In this document: piece after piece, positions 9,387-19,600 of the stretch | Position numbering within the stretch: the first letter of the stretch is position 1 | How the letters are laid out: every line of letters begins with the position of its first letter | NCBI GenBank assembly: GCA_963558405.1 | Contig: CAUWGC010000020.1 | Span: forward strand, 1-25,710 | Length of the DNA stretch: 25,710 nt | Source of the DNA: an uncultured Clostridia bacterium | Lineage (GTDB): Bacteria > Bacillota > Clostridia > TANB77 > CAG-508 | Direction of reading: 5' to 3' | Program-made: the position numbers and the translations under genes | The notes under the pieces: generated by a model | Told to the model about the DNA's origin: nothing | What the model saw: only the letters and a program-made list of their open reading frames with translations | The model's database searches: none

Positions 9387-10418
9387 TTGTTTATAAAATG
9401 TTTTAATATTCGTAAGATGATTCTCTTCTTTTTTATTATTATAATATTAATCTCTTTTACTTGTACCTATTTTATTTGTTTTGCTACAGATAATGAAAAT
9501 GAAAAGGATTATATTAAGTGGGTAGACTTTACTCCTACATCGTTTATTTTGGAAAAGCTTGCCAAATTAGATATTGAATCTCATCAAAGCAATCAAGAAG
9601 TTAAATATAACTGGATTGAATTACTTTCTTATCTTGCAAGTATATATGGTGGGAATTTTAAATGTTATAAGCAAAAAGATTTAGATACATTAATTAATAG
9701 ATTAAATAGTGGTGAATCAATGGAATCTATAACTAAAGATAAAAAATACTATCCATATTACTTAGAAGCATATACTGCCGTTCTTGGTGGTTTTATTGGT
9801 AATTATGAAATAGAAATTCCAAGTGATAGTGGTGAAAAAAAATTTGAATCTCGCTATGGCTTAAAAGCATTTTTACCTATTGCTAAAAATTATTCTTTTA
9901 ACCATTATGACGATTTTGGTAATTCTCGTTCTTACGGTTTTAACAGAAAACATTTAGGAAATGATTTGATGGGAAGTATAGGTACCCCTATTGTTGCAGT
10001 AGAATCTGGCGTAGTAGAAGCCTTAGGTTGGAATCAATATGGTGGTTGGAGAATTGGAATCCGTAGTATGGATAAAAAAAGGTATTACTATTATGCTCAT
10101 TTAAGAAAAGATCATCCTTTTGCCAAAGATATGTATGAGGGAAAAATAATAAAAGCTGGTGATGTTATTGGATATTTAGGTATGACTGGCTATAGTACTA
10201 AAGAAAATGTTAATAATATTAATGTGCCTCATCTTCATTTTGGAATGCAACTTATTTTTGATGAATCTCAAAAGGAAGGAAATAATGAAATTTGGATTGA
10301 TGTATATAATATTATTGAATTTTTAAAGAAGAATCGCTCAGAAGTATATATGGAATACTCTGATACAAAAGATTATTCTAGAAAATACGATATAATGTTA
10401 CCAGAAGTTTTAGAATGA
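9387..10418 (+). CDS. M23-family metallopeptidase with an N-terminal membrane anchor or signal
   Basis: HLGND (HxxxD), YYYAHL, GDVIGYLGMTG and PHLHF motifs. TTG start behind AGGAGG. Confidence 0.9.
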   Translation: MFIKCFNIRKMILFFFIIIILISFTCTYFICFATDNENEKDYIKWVDFTPTSFILEKLAKLDIESHQSNQEVKYNWIELLSYLASIYGGNFKCYKQKDLDTLINRLNSGESMESITKDKKYYPYYLEAYTAVLGGFIGNYEIEIPSDSGEKKFESRYGLKAFLPIAKNYSFNHYDDFGNSRSYGFNRKHLGNDLMGSIGTPIVAVESGVVEALGWNQYGGWRIGIRSMDKKRYYYYAHLRKDHPFAKDMYEGKIIKAGDVIGYLGMTGYSTKENVNNINVPHLHFGMQLIFDESQKEGNNEIWIDVYNIIEFLKKNRSEVYMEYSDTKDYSRKYDIMLPEVLE

Positions 10419-10432
10419 TAGGAGTAAATTTA

Positions 10433-11290
10433 ATGAAAGCTTATATTTGGAAGTTATTACTTATTATACTAATTTTTATTTTAATTTTAACATTTATATT
10501 AAAGCTAAATATAGTAAAAGCTAAAGAGAATTCTCAAATTAAACTTCCTATTATTATGTATCACAGTTTTTTGAAAGATACTGCTAGAAGCGGAGAATAT
10601 GTTATAACTCCTGACACTTTTGAAAAAGATTTAATTTATTTAAAGCAAAATAATTACCATACAATTACAATGACAGATTTAATTAACTATGTATATAACG
10701 ATATTAAGTTGCCCCCAAATCCTATTATACTTACTTTTGATGATGGATGTTATAATAATCTTGGTTATGCCGTTCCACTATTAAAAAAATATCATATGAA
10801 AGCAGTTATTTCTATTGTTGGAAGCTATACAGATAATTATAGTAAAACTAATGAAGTAAATCTTAATTATAGTTACTTAAGATGGTCTGATATAAAAGTA
10901 ATGTTGCAAGATGGTACTATTGAGTTCCAAAACCACACTTATTCTTTACATAGTAATAATTCAAAAAGAAGCGGGTCTATGAAAAGAAAAAATGAATCTA
11001 TTGAGTCATATAGAAAAGTCCTAGAAGAAGACATTATGAAATTACAAGAAGAATTTAAAACATTCACAGGATATTTGCCTAATACTTTTACCTATCCTTA
11101 TGGTGAAATAAGTAAAGAATCTATTCCTATTATAAAAGAAATGGGATTTAAAGCAAGTTTATCTTGCAATAGTGGAATAAATAAAATAACTAAAGATCCA
11201 GAATGTTTATATTGTTTAAAAAGGTATAATCGCCCAAGTAATATAACTACTAACGATTTTTTTACAAAAATTGAAAAAGCATTGCTTTAA
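10433..11290 (+). CDS. Polysaccharide deacetylase (CE4, PgaB/IcaB-like)
   Basis: PIIMYH, LTFDDG, NHTYSLH and YPYG motifs plus an N-terminal hydrophobic segment. The AGGAG RBS favours ATG 10433 (alternative start 10415). Confidence 0.9.
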   Translation: MKAYIWKLLLIILIFILILTFILKLNIVKAKENSQIKLPIIMYHSFLKDTARSGEYVITPDTFEKDLIYLKQNNYHTITMTDLINYVYNDIKLPPNPIILTFDDGCYNNLGYAVPLLKKYHMKAVISIVGSYTDNYSKTNEVNLNYSYLRWSDIKVMLQDGTIEFQNHTYSLHSNNSKRSGSMKRKNESIESYRKVLEEDIMKLQEEFKTFTGYLPNTFTYPYGEISKESIPIIKEMGFKASLSCNSGINKITKDPECLYCLKRYNRPSNITTNDFFTKIEKALL

Positions 11291-11307
11291 CATTAGCAAT
11301 GCTTTTT
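11274..11307. terminator. Bidirectional intrinsic terminator
   Basis: AAAAAGCATTGCT-N8-AGCAATGCTTTTT between convergent genes. Confidence 0.8.
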
Positions 11308-11320
11308 ATTATTAAATATA

Positions 11321-13948
11321 TTAATCTCTTGGATTTTTAATAGCAGCTTGTGCAGCAGCTAATCTTGCGATTGGAACTCTAAATGGTGAACATGATACAT
11401 ATGTTAGTCCAACATTATGGCAGAATTCAACTGTTGGTGGGTTTCCTCCATGTTCTCCACAAATTCCAAGCTTGATATCTGGTCTTGTTTGTTTTCCAAG
11501 GTCTACTGCCATTTTAACTAATTTACCAACACCTACTTGGTCTAATTTAGCAAATGGGTCAGATTCATATATCTTTTTATCATAATAATCATTTAAGAAT
11601 TTTCCAGCATCATCACGGCTAAATCCAAATGTCATTTGAGTTAAGTCATTTGTTCCAAATGAGAAGAATTCAGCTTCTTTAGCAATATCATCAGCTGTTA
11701 AAGCAGCTCTTGGTATTTCAATCATAGTACCTACATGATATTCTAATTTAACACCAGCTTCTTTTATAACTTCATTTGCAACACGAACTACAATATCCTT
11801 TACAAATTTTAACTCTTTTACTTCCCCAACAAGTGGAATCATGATTTCTGGAACTACATTCATTCCTTCTTTATTTACATTAATAGCAGCTTCTATAATA
11901 GCTCTTGTTTGCATTTCTGCAATTTCTGGGTAAGTAACATCTAGACGGCATCCACGATGTCCCATCATAGGGTTAAATTCATGTAATCCTTCTACTATTG
12001 TTTTTAATTCTTCAAAAGACATTCCCATTTCGTTTGCTAATGCTTTTATATCTTCATCTTCATGAGGAACAAATTCATGTAGAGGTGGGTCTAAGAAACG
12101 AATTGTTACAGGATATCCTTTCATTGTTCTATATAATTCTTCAAAGTCTCCTCTTTGCATTGGAAGAATTTTAGCTAATGCTTTAGCTCTTTGCTCTGGT
12201 GTTTTAGAAACAATCATTTCACGAATTGCAGCAATTCTATCTGGTGCAAAGAACATATGCTCTGTTCTACATAATCCAATACCTTCTGCTCCAAAGTCAT
12301 ATGCTTGTTTTGCATCTCTTGGAGTGTCTGCGTTTGTTCTTACTTTTAATTGTCTATATTGGTCAGCCCATCCCATTAATGTAGCAAAGTTACCTGTTAC
12401 AGCAGCTTCTACAGTTGGAATTTTTTCTCCATAAACATTACCTGTAGAACCATCTAAAGAAATATATTCACCTTCTGTTACTTTTCTTCCATCTGGTAAT
12501 ACAAAGTATTTTTGTTCTTCATTAACTACTATTTCTCCACATCCTGCAACACAGCATGTACCCATACCACGAGCAACAACAGCAGCATGAGAAGTCATAC
12601 CTCCTCTTACTGTTAGGATACCTTTACAAACAACCATACCTTCAATGTCTTCTGGTGATGTTTCTAGTCTAACTAATATAAGTTCTTTTTCTCCTGCTTT
12701 ATGAAGTTCTACAGCTCTTTCTGCTGTAAATACAACTTTACCAGTAGCAGCTCCTGGTGATGCAGCTAAACCTTTTGCTGAAACTTTTGCAGCTTTTAAT
12801 GCAGCTTGATCAAAATTTGGATGTAATAATTGATCTAATTGATTTGGTTCTACTCTTAAAACAGCTTCTTTTTCTGTAATCATACCTTCTTTTACTAAAT
12901 CTACTGCAATTTGTAATGCAGCATTTGCTGTTCTTTTTCCATTTCTTGTTTGTAAGAAATATAATTTACCAGCTTCAATTGTAAATTCCATATCTTGCAT
13001 ATCTCTAAAGTGTTTTTCTAGTTTGTTAGCATACATAACAAAATCTTCATATGCTTTTGGATTTACTTCTTTTAAAGTATCAATATGTTGTGGAGTTCTA
13101 ATACCAGCAACAACGTCTTCACCTTGTGCATTCATTAGATATTCACCAAATATTTTATTTTCACCAGTAGCTGGGTTTCTTGTAAAAGCAACACCTGTAC
13201 CACAATCTTCTCCCATGTTTCCAAAAACCATTTGTTGTACGTTTACAGCTGTTCCCCAATCACTTGGAATATCATTTAATCTTCTATAAGTAATAGCTCT
13301 TGCATTGTTCCAAGATCTAAATACTGCCTTTACAGCTTCCATTAATTGTAGTTTAGCATCTGTAGGGAATTCTTCATGTTTTTGTTCTCTATAAATTCCT
13401 TTAAATATTTCTACTAATTCTTTTAAATCTTCTGCTGTAAGTTCTGTATCTAATTTTACTCCTCTTTTTTCTTTCATTTCATCAATAGCATTTTCAAATA
13501 GTGGCTTTGGAATTTCCATTACAACGTCACTAAACATTTGAATAAATCTACGGTAACTATCGTAAGCAAATCTTTCATTCTTAGAAGCAATATATTCTGC
13601 AACTTCTGGTGTCATTCCTAAGTTTAATACGGTATCCATCATACCTGGCATAGATGCTCTTGCACCTGAACGTACAGAAACAAGTAACGGATTTGTTTTA
13701 TCACCTAATTTTTTACCGGCAATCTCTTCTAATTTTGCAAGAGATTCCATAATTTGATCTTCAATTTCTTTTGAAATTTTTTCTCCGTCTTCATAATATT
13801 TTGTACAAGCCTCTGTTGTAACGGTAAAACCTTGTGGAATTGGAAGTCCTAGTGTTGTCATTTCTGCTAAGTTAGCTCCTTTACCACCTAATAGTTCACG
13901 CATATCTTTGTTACCTTCACTAAAAAGGTACACATACTTATGACTCAT
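11321..13948 (-). CDS. ppdK: Pyruvate, phosphate dikinase
   Basis: LLGGKGANLAEM, VRSGARASMPGMMDT, phospho-His GGMTSHAAVVAR, FSFGTNDLTQ and CGEHGG motifs; 875 aa. Confidence 0.98.
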   Translation of the reverse strand: MSHKYVYLFSEGNKDMRELLGGKGANLAEMTTLGLPIPQGFTVTTEACTKYYEDGEKISKEIEDQIMESLAKLEEIAGKKLGDKTNPLLVSVRSGARASMPGMMDTVLNLGMTPEVAEYIASKNERFAYDSYRRFIQMFSDVVMEIPKPLFENAIDEMKEKRGVKLDTELTAEDLKELVEIFKGIYREQKHEEFPTDAKLQLMEAVKAVFRSWNNARAITYRRLNDIPSDWGTAVNVQQMVFGNMGEDCGTGVAFTRNPATGENKIFGEYLMNAQGEDVVAGIRTPQHIDTLKEVNPKAYEDFVMYANKLEKHFRDMQDMEFTIEAGKLYFLQTRNGKRTANAALQIAVDLVKEGMITEKEAVLRVEPNQLDQLLHPNFDQAALKAAKVSAKGLAASPGAATGKVVFTAERAVELHKAGEKELILVRLETSPEDIEGMVVCKGILTVRGGMTSHAAVVARGMGTCCVAGCGEIVVNEEQKYFVLPDGRKVTEGEYISLDGSTGNVYGEKIPTVEAAVTGNFATLMGWADQYRQLKVRTNADTPRDAKQAYDFGAEGIGLCRTEHMFFAPDRIAAIREMIVSKTPEQRAKALAKILPMQRGDFEELYRTMKGYPVTIRFLDPPLHEFVPHEDEDIKALANEMGMSFEELKTIVEGLHEFNPMMGHRGCRLDVTYPEIAEMQTRAIIEAAINVNKEGMNVVPEIMIPLVGEVKELKFVKDIVVRVANEVIKEAGVKLEYHVGTMIEIPRAALTADDIAKEAEFFSFGTNDLTQMTFGFSRDDAGKFLNDYYDKKIYESDPFAKLDQVGVGKLVKMAVDLGKQTRPDIKLGICGEHGGNPPTVEFCHNVGLTYVSCSPFRVPIARLAAAQAAIKNPRD

Positions 13949-13999
13949 AAAAAACCTCCTTGAATTTTTGTTTTTTGCTTTTATAAGCTTACGTCACTC

Positions 14000-14028
14000 A
14001 TTATATATCACATATTTTATAATTGCAA
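14000..14028 (-). promoter_or_regulatory. ppdK promoter
   Basis: TTGCAA, 17 bp, TATAAT. Confidence 0.65.
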
Positions 14029-14084
14029 ACCTTTTTGGAAAAAATGTCCAAAAAATTTTGCAATTTTTTTAACAACTTTTATTA

Positions 14085-15470
14085 TTAAAATGCCATTTTT
14101 TCTTTTAACCAATTTTCTAATTCAGATATTTTAATTCTTACTTGTTCCATTGTATCTCTATCACGTACAGTTACAGATTCATCTTCTAATGTGTCAAAAT
14201 CAACAGTAACACAATATGGTGTTCCTATTTCGTCTTCTCTACGATAACGTTTTCCAATACTTCCTGCTTCGTCATAATCACACATAAAGTTTTTAGATAA
14301 CTCAGCATATACTTCTTCTGCTTTTTCAGATAGTTTTTTAGATAATGGAAGAACTGCAACTTTGTATGGAGCTAAGAATGGATGTAAATGTAATACTGTT
14401 CTTACATCTCCTTCTCCAACTTCTTCTTCATCATAAGCATCGCAAAGGAATGCAAGTGCCACGCGGTCACATCCTAAAGAAGGTTCAACACAGTATGGTA
14501 CAAATTTATCTCCAGTTTCTTGATCTAAATAGTTAAAATCTTCTTTTGAAAATTTCATATGTTGTGATAGGTCATAGTTAGTTCTATTAGCAATTCCCCA
14601 AAGTTCTCCCCAACCAAATGGAAATAAGAATTCTATATCTGTTGTTCCTTTACTATAGAAACTTAGTTCTTCTTTTGTATGGTCACGTAATCTCATATTT
14701 TCTTCTTTCATTCCTAAGCTTAGAAGCCAGTTTTTACAGAAAGTTCTCCAGTATTCAAACCATTCCATATCTGTTCCTGGTTTGCAGAAAAATTCAAGTT
14801 CCATTTGTTCAAATTCACGTGTTCTAAAAGTAAAGTTACCAGGTGTAATTTCATTTCTAAAAGACTTTCCTATTTGAGCAATACCCATTGGTAATTTTCT
14901 TCTTGTTGTTCTTAAAACATTTTTAAAATTAACAAAAATACCTTGTGCTGTTTCTGGTCTTAAATATAATTCTGATGTACTATCTTCTGTTACACCTTGG
15001 AATGTTTTGAACATTAAATTAAATTTACGAATACCAGTAAAGTTTTCTTTACCACAATTTGGGCAAGCAATATGGTTTTCTTGCATATATGAAATCATTT
15101 TTTCATCTGGCCATCCATCTACTACTTCTTCACAATTATGTTCATGCATCCATTCTTCAATTAATTTATCTGCTCTATGTCTTGTTTTACATTCTTTACA
15201 ATCTATAAGAGGATCACTAAATCCACCAACGTGACCAGAAGCAACCCAAGTTTCTGGATTCATTAAAATAGCTGCATCTAATCCAACATTATATTTACTC
15301 TCTTGAACAAACTTTTTCATCCAAGCTTTTTTTACATTGTTTTTAAACTCAACGCCTAAAGGGCCATAATCCCAAGTATTTGCAAGTCCTCCATAAATTT
15401 CTGACCCAGGATAAATATATCCTCTTGCTTTGCATAAGTTTACAATTTTGTCCATTGTCTTTTCTACCAT
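14085..15470 (-). CDS. glyQS: Glycine--tRNA ligase (alpha2, class IIa type)
   Basis: [43 protein letters not shown] and [15 protein letters not shown] motifs. Confidence 0.97.
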   Translation of the reverse strand: MVEKTMDKIVNLCKARGYIYPGSEIYGGLANTWDYGPLGVEFKNNVKKAWMKKFVQESKYNVGLDAAILMNPETWVASGHVGGFSDPLIDCKECKTRHRADKLIEEWMHEHNCEEVVDGWPDEKMISYMQENHIACPNCGKENFTGIRKFNLMFKTFQGVTEDSTSELYLRPETAQGIFVNFKNVLRTTRRKLPMGIAQIGKSFRNEITPGNFTFRTREFEQMELEFFCKPGTDMEWFEYWRTFCKNWLLSLGMKEENMRLRDHTKEELSFYSKGTTDIEFLFPFGWGELWGIANRTNYDLSQHMKFSKEDFNYLDQETGDKFVPYCVEPSLGCDRVALAFLCDAYDEEEVGEGDVRTVLHLHPFLAPYKVAVLPLSKKLSEKAEEVYAELSKNFMCDYDEAGSIGKRYRREDEIGTPYCVTVDFDTLEDESVTVRDRDTMEQVRIKISELENWLKEKMAF

Positions 15471-15503
15471 ATGAAAATCCTCCTTAAAATTTAAAAATAT
15501 ATC

Positions 15504-15700
15504 AAAAAAACTTTCGTCTCTCTAGCTATATAGCTAGGGACGAAAGTTTAATTTCCGCGGTTCCACCCTATTTGATAATATAATTATCCTCTTTTAATTA
15601 CTTGCTCCAAAGTTCCACATATATATCACTATTGTTAGCTTTCACCTTACCTAACTCTCTAAAAATAGTCTTTTATATTTACTCTTTATCAACGCAATTT
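15504..15700 (-). promoter_or_regulatory. Glycine T-box riboswitch with transcription terminator
   Basis: Stem I with AGAGAG bulge and GGTGAA loop, T-box AAATAGGGTGGAACCGCGG (15573-15555), and terminator AAACTTTCGTCCCTAGC...GCTAGAGAGACGAAAGTTTTTTT. No stem II, as in Gly T-boxes. Confidence 0.93.
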
Positions 15701-15714
15701 TTATGATGTTTCTT

Positions 15715-15743
15715 ATTGTATCAGTATTTTAACCATAAGTCAA
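15715..15743 (-). promoter_or_regulatory. glyQS leader promoter
   Basis: TTGACT, 17 bp, TG-A-TACAAT. Confidence 0.75.
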
Positions 15744-15854
15744 TAAATTTATTCAAGTTTTTTTACCTTTCAATTTTAGTTTATTTGTTTTTATTTTTCA
15801 TAGTTTTACATTTTACATCAATATTCTGTCAATTTTTTATTTTCTTGTTATCAA

Positions 15855-16163
15855 CTATAAAGTATTTATCTTTATTATAAAATAAATAATACCAATTAAT
15901 TCTAAAATAAGAATAGTTGGAAAACCTATATAAAATTTAGGCTTCTTAGTTTTGTGTCTAAAATGATACATTCCTATTATTCCACCTATTCCTCCACCTA
16001 ATAGCACAAGAACAAATAAAGCATGTTCACTAATTCTCCATTTTCCTTTTTGTGCTTTTCTTTTATCTATTCCCATAGCTAAAAATGTTATTATGTTTAT
16101 AATAACAAAGTATATTAATATATTTTGAATACTAAATATTTCTTTTAATTTATTATATTCCAT
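15855..16163 (-). CDS. DUF1294 (YsdA-like) small membrane protein
   Basis: GIDKRKAQKGKWRISE, GGGIG and FRHKTKK motifs. Confidence 0.9.
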   Translation of the reverse strand: MEYNKLKEIFSIQNILIYFVIINIITFLAMGIDKRKAQKGKWRISEHALFVLVLLGGGIGGIIGMYHFRHKTKKPKFYIGFPTILILELIGIIYFIIKINTL

Positions 16164-16179
16164 TTTATCTCCATTTCTA

Positions 16180-16208
16180 TTTACAATTTACATAATTTGT
16201 ATTATAAT
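16180..16208 (+). promoter_or_regulatory. Promoter of the orphan Cys-rich gene
   Basis: TTTACA, 17 bp, TATAAT. Confidence 0.65.
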
Positions 16209-16247
16209 ATTTTTGTCCTAACTTTTTTACCAAAGGAGAGAGCATTT

Positions 16248-16511
16248 ATGAATATCAACTTAGAAAAGATGCTTGAAAAATTTTGCTTTCAGACTACCTG
16301 TCCAGATGAATGTAGCCCTGTATTTTTTATAACTGGGAAAAATCTTTTTCCTTTTCAACGGATTTACTCCAATCAAGAAAAAAGTGAAGTTGAAATAGGA
16401 TATAGATGTCCTTACTGTGGAAACATCGTTTCCTGTGAAAGTAGAATTCCAAAAGCACTCAAAACTTACATTAAAGAAAACATTGAATTGAAGGTATTTC
16501 CTTTAAATTAA
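16248..16511 (+). CDS. Hypothetical 87-aa protein, putative zinc ribbon
   Basis: AAGGAG RBS before ATG 16248; CPDEC and CPYCG motifs. Confidence 0.7.
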   Translation: MNINLEKMLEKFCFQTTCPDECSPVFFITGKNLFPFQRIYSNQEKSEVEIGYRCPYCGNIVSCESRIPKALKTYIKENIELKVFPLN

Positions 16512-16532
16512 TCTCAATTCCTTAGGACACTC

Positions 16533-16557
16533 AAGCGTAGCAAATGCTACGCTTTTT
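16533..16557 (+). terminator. Intrinsic terminator
   Basis: AAGCGTAGCA-aa-TGCTACGCTTTTT. Confidence 0.8.
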
Positions 16558-16601
16558 ATTATATAGGAAAAATCGAATATTTTGAGTATACAACTCTTAT
16601 T

Positions 16602-19600
16602 TTATGCAAATAAACTCATCTGGTTACTTTGAGTCATTCCTTTTAAGCATCCAAATTTTTCTAATAATTCTAACACAGATTTTCCTACTTTAGAACGTAT
16701 TTTTAAATCATCTATAGACATAAATTTACCTTCTTTTTTTGCCATATCTATGCTTTCTGCTGCAACTGTTCCAAGTCCTGGTATACTATTTAGTGGAGGT
16801 CTTATTCCGTCTTCTTCCATTATAAATTTTGTTGCATGTGATTTATATAAATCTATTGGTAAAAAATCTATCCCTCTTTCATACATTTCTAAAACAATTT
16901 CTAAAACAGAATACATATCTTTATCCTTTGCCGTTGCGGAATTTCCTTGTAATTCTATTTCTTTCATTTTATTTTTTACTTTTTCTTTTCCAAAAGCCAT
17001 ACATTCACTATCAAAACCATCTGCACGTATTGAAAAATATGCTGTGTAATATGCTTTTGGAATATGTACTTTAAACCAAGCAATTCTAAATGCCATTGTA
17101 ACATACGCCGCAGCATGAGCCTTTGGGAACATGTATTTAATTTTTTTACAAGATTTTATATACCAATCTGGTACATCATGTTCTATCATCATTTGTTCTT
17201 GTTCTGGCTTTAATCCTTTTCCTTTACGTACAGATTCCATTATTTTAAACGCTGGGTTTGGTGGTAATCCTTTTTTTATAAGATATATCATAATATCATC
17301 TCTGGTACAAATAGCTTCATCTAGTTTTATTGTTCCTTCTTGTATTAATGTTTGTGCATTATTAAGCCATACGTCTGTACCATGAGATAGACCAGAAATT
17401 CTTAAAAGCTCTTCAAATGTTGTTGGTCTTGTATCAACTAACATTCCTCTTACAAATTTAGTACCAAACTCTGGTACTCCAAAAGTTCCAACTTCTGAAT
17501 GAATTTGTTCTGGTGTAACTCCTAATGCTTTTGTTGAACAAAATATTGACATTGTTTCTTTATCATCTAGTGGTATTTTTTGTGGATCAATTCCTGTTAA
17601 GTCTTGAAGCATACGAATCATTGTTGGATCATCATGACCTAGTATATCTAGTTTTAATAAGTTTTTGTCAATAGAGTGATAATCAAAATGTGTTGTTATA
17701 ATATCTGAATTTGGATCATCTGCTGGATGTTGCACTGGACAAAACTCGTAAATTTCTCTTCCTTTTGGTACAACTATAATTCCTCCTGGATGTTGTCCTG
17801 TTGTTCTTTTTACACCAGTACATCCAACTGCAAGTCTTGTAACTTCTGCAGTACTTACAGGTATATGCCTTTCTTCATAGTATTTTTTTACATATCCAAA
17901 TGCAGTTTTGTCTGCTATTGTACCTACTGTTCCTGCTTTGAATGTAGTACCTTTTCCAAATATTACTTCTGTATATCTATGTGCTTTTGCTTGATATTCT
18001 CCAGAAAAGTTTAAGTCAATATCTGGCTCTTTATCTCCGTTAAATCCAAGGAAAGTTTCAAATGGAATATCCATTCCATCTTTTGTAAGCTCGTGTCCAC
18101 ATTTAGGACATTTTTTATCTGGTAAGTCAAATCCATTTTTGTAGCCGTAGTCTGTAAAATCTGAATATTTACAATTAGGACATCTATAATGTGGTTGAAG
18201 AGAATTTACTTCTGTAATACCCGTCATATTTGCAACAAAAGATGAACCTACTGAACCTCTTGAGCCAACCAAGTATCCATCTTCGTTAGATTTCCACACT
18301 AATTTTTGTGCAATAATGTACATAACCGAAAATCCATTTTTTATAATAGATTCCAATTCTTTATCCAATCTATTTTTTACTATTTCAGGTAATGGATCTC
18401 CATAAAGTTCTTTTGCTTTACTAAGAGCTATTTCTTCAATCATTTTTTCGCAACCTGGTATATGTGGTGGACATTTTTCTGGTGAAATAGGACTAATATT
18501 TTCACACATATCAGATATCTTATTTGTATTTGTAACAACAACCTCATAACATTTATCCGGTCCTAAATAAGAAAACTCTTGTAACATTTCCTCTGTTGTT
18601 CTTAAGTATAATGGTGCTTGCTCATCTGCATCATCAAACCCTTGTCCTGCCATTAAAATTCTTCTATATACTTCATCTTGTGGATCTAAAAAATGAACAT
18701 CACATGTTGCTACAACTAGTTTGTTTAGTTTATCTCCTAGTTCTACAATTTTTTTGTTAATATCTTTTAATGCGTTTTCATCTGGAACTGTACCATTTCT
18801 AACCATAAACATATTATTTCCAATTGGTTGAATTTCTAAATAGTCATAATCTTTTGCAATTTCTTCTATTTCTTCATCTGATTTTCCTGCAACTATTGCC
18901 CTATATAACTCTCCTGCTTCACATGCACTTCCTAATATTAATCCTTCTGAATATTTTTTATACAAAGACTTTAATATTCTAGGTTTTTTATAGAAATAAT
19001 TTAAGTGTGAATATGAAACTAATTTGTATAGGTTTTTAAGTCCTATATAATCTTTTGCTAAAATAATAGCATGATAACTAGGAAGCTTTTTATATGCATC
19101 TTTATCATTTCCAAGCATATTATCTATATCAGCAATTTTCTTTACGCCTTTTTCTTTTAACATAGAAATCATCACATTAAATACTTTTACTGTTGTATCT
19201 ACATCATCTAATGCACGATGTGCTACTTCCACTTTTATTCCTAAGTTTTCTGCAATAATTCCAAGTTTGTATTTTTTGTAATCTGGAAATAATTCTTTTG
19301 CTAAACGTAAAGTATCAATATATGTATTATTTAATTCTAGTCCTAATTCTTTTGCATTATATTTTAAAAATCCTATATCAAAATCTGCATTATGTGCTAC
19401 TAAAACACTATCTCCTACAAACTCTAAAACTTTTGGTAATACTACATCTATAGTTTCTGCATCTTTTACCATTTCATCTGTAATGTTAGTAACTTCTACT
19501 ACTTTTTCTGGGATTGGTTTTTCTGGGTTTACAAAGCATGAAAACTCGTCTATAACTTCTCCATTTTTTACTTTCATTATTCCTACTTCTGTTATTTTTT

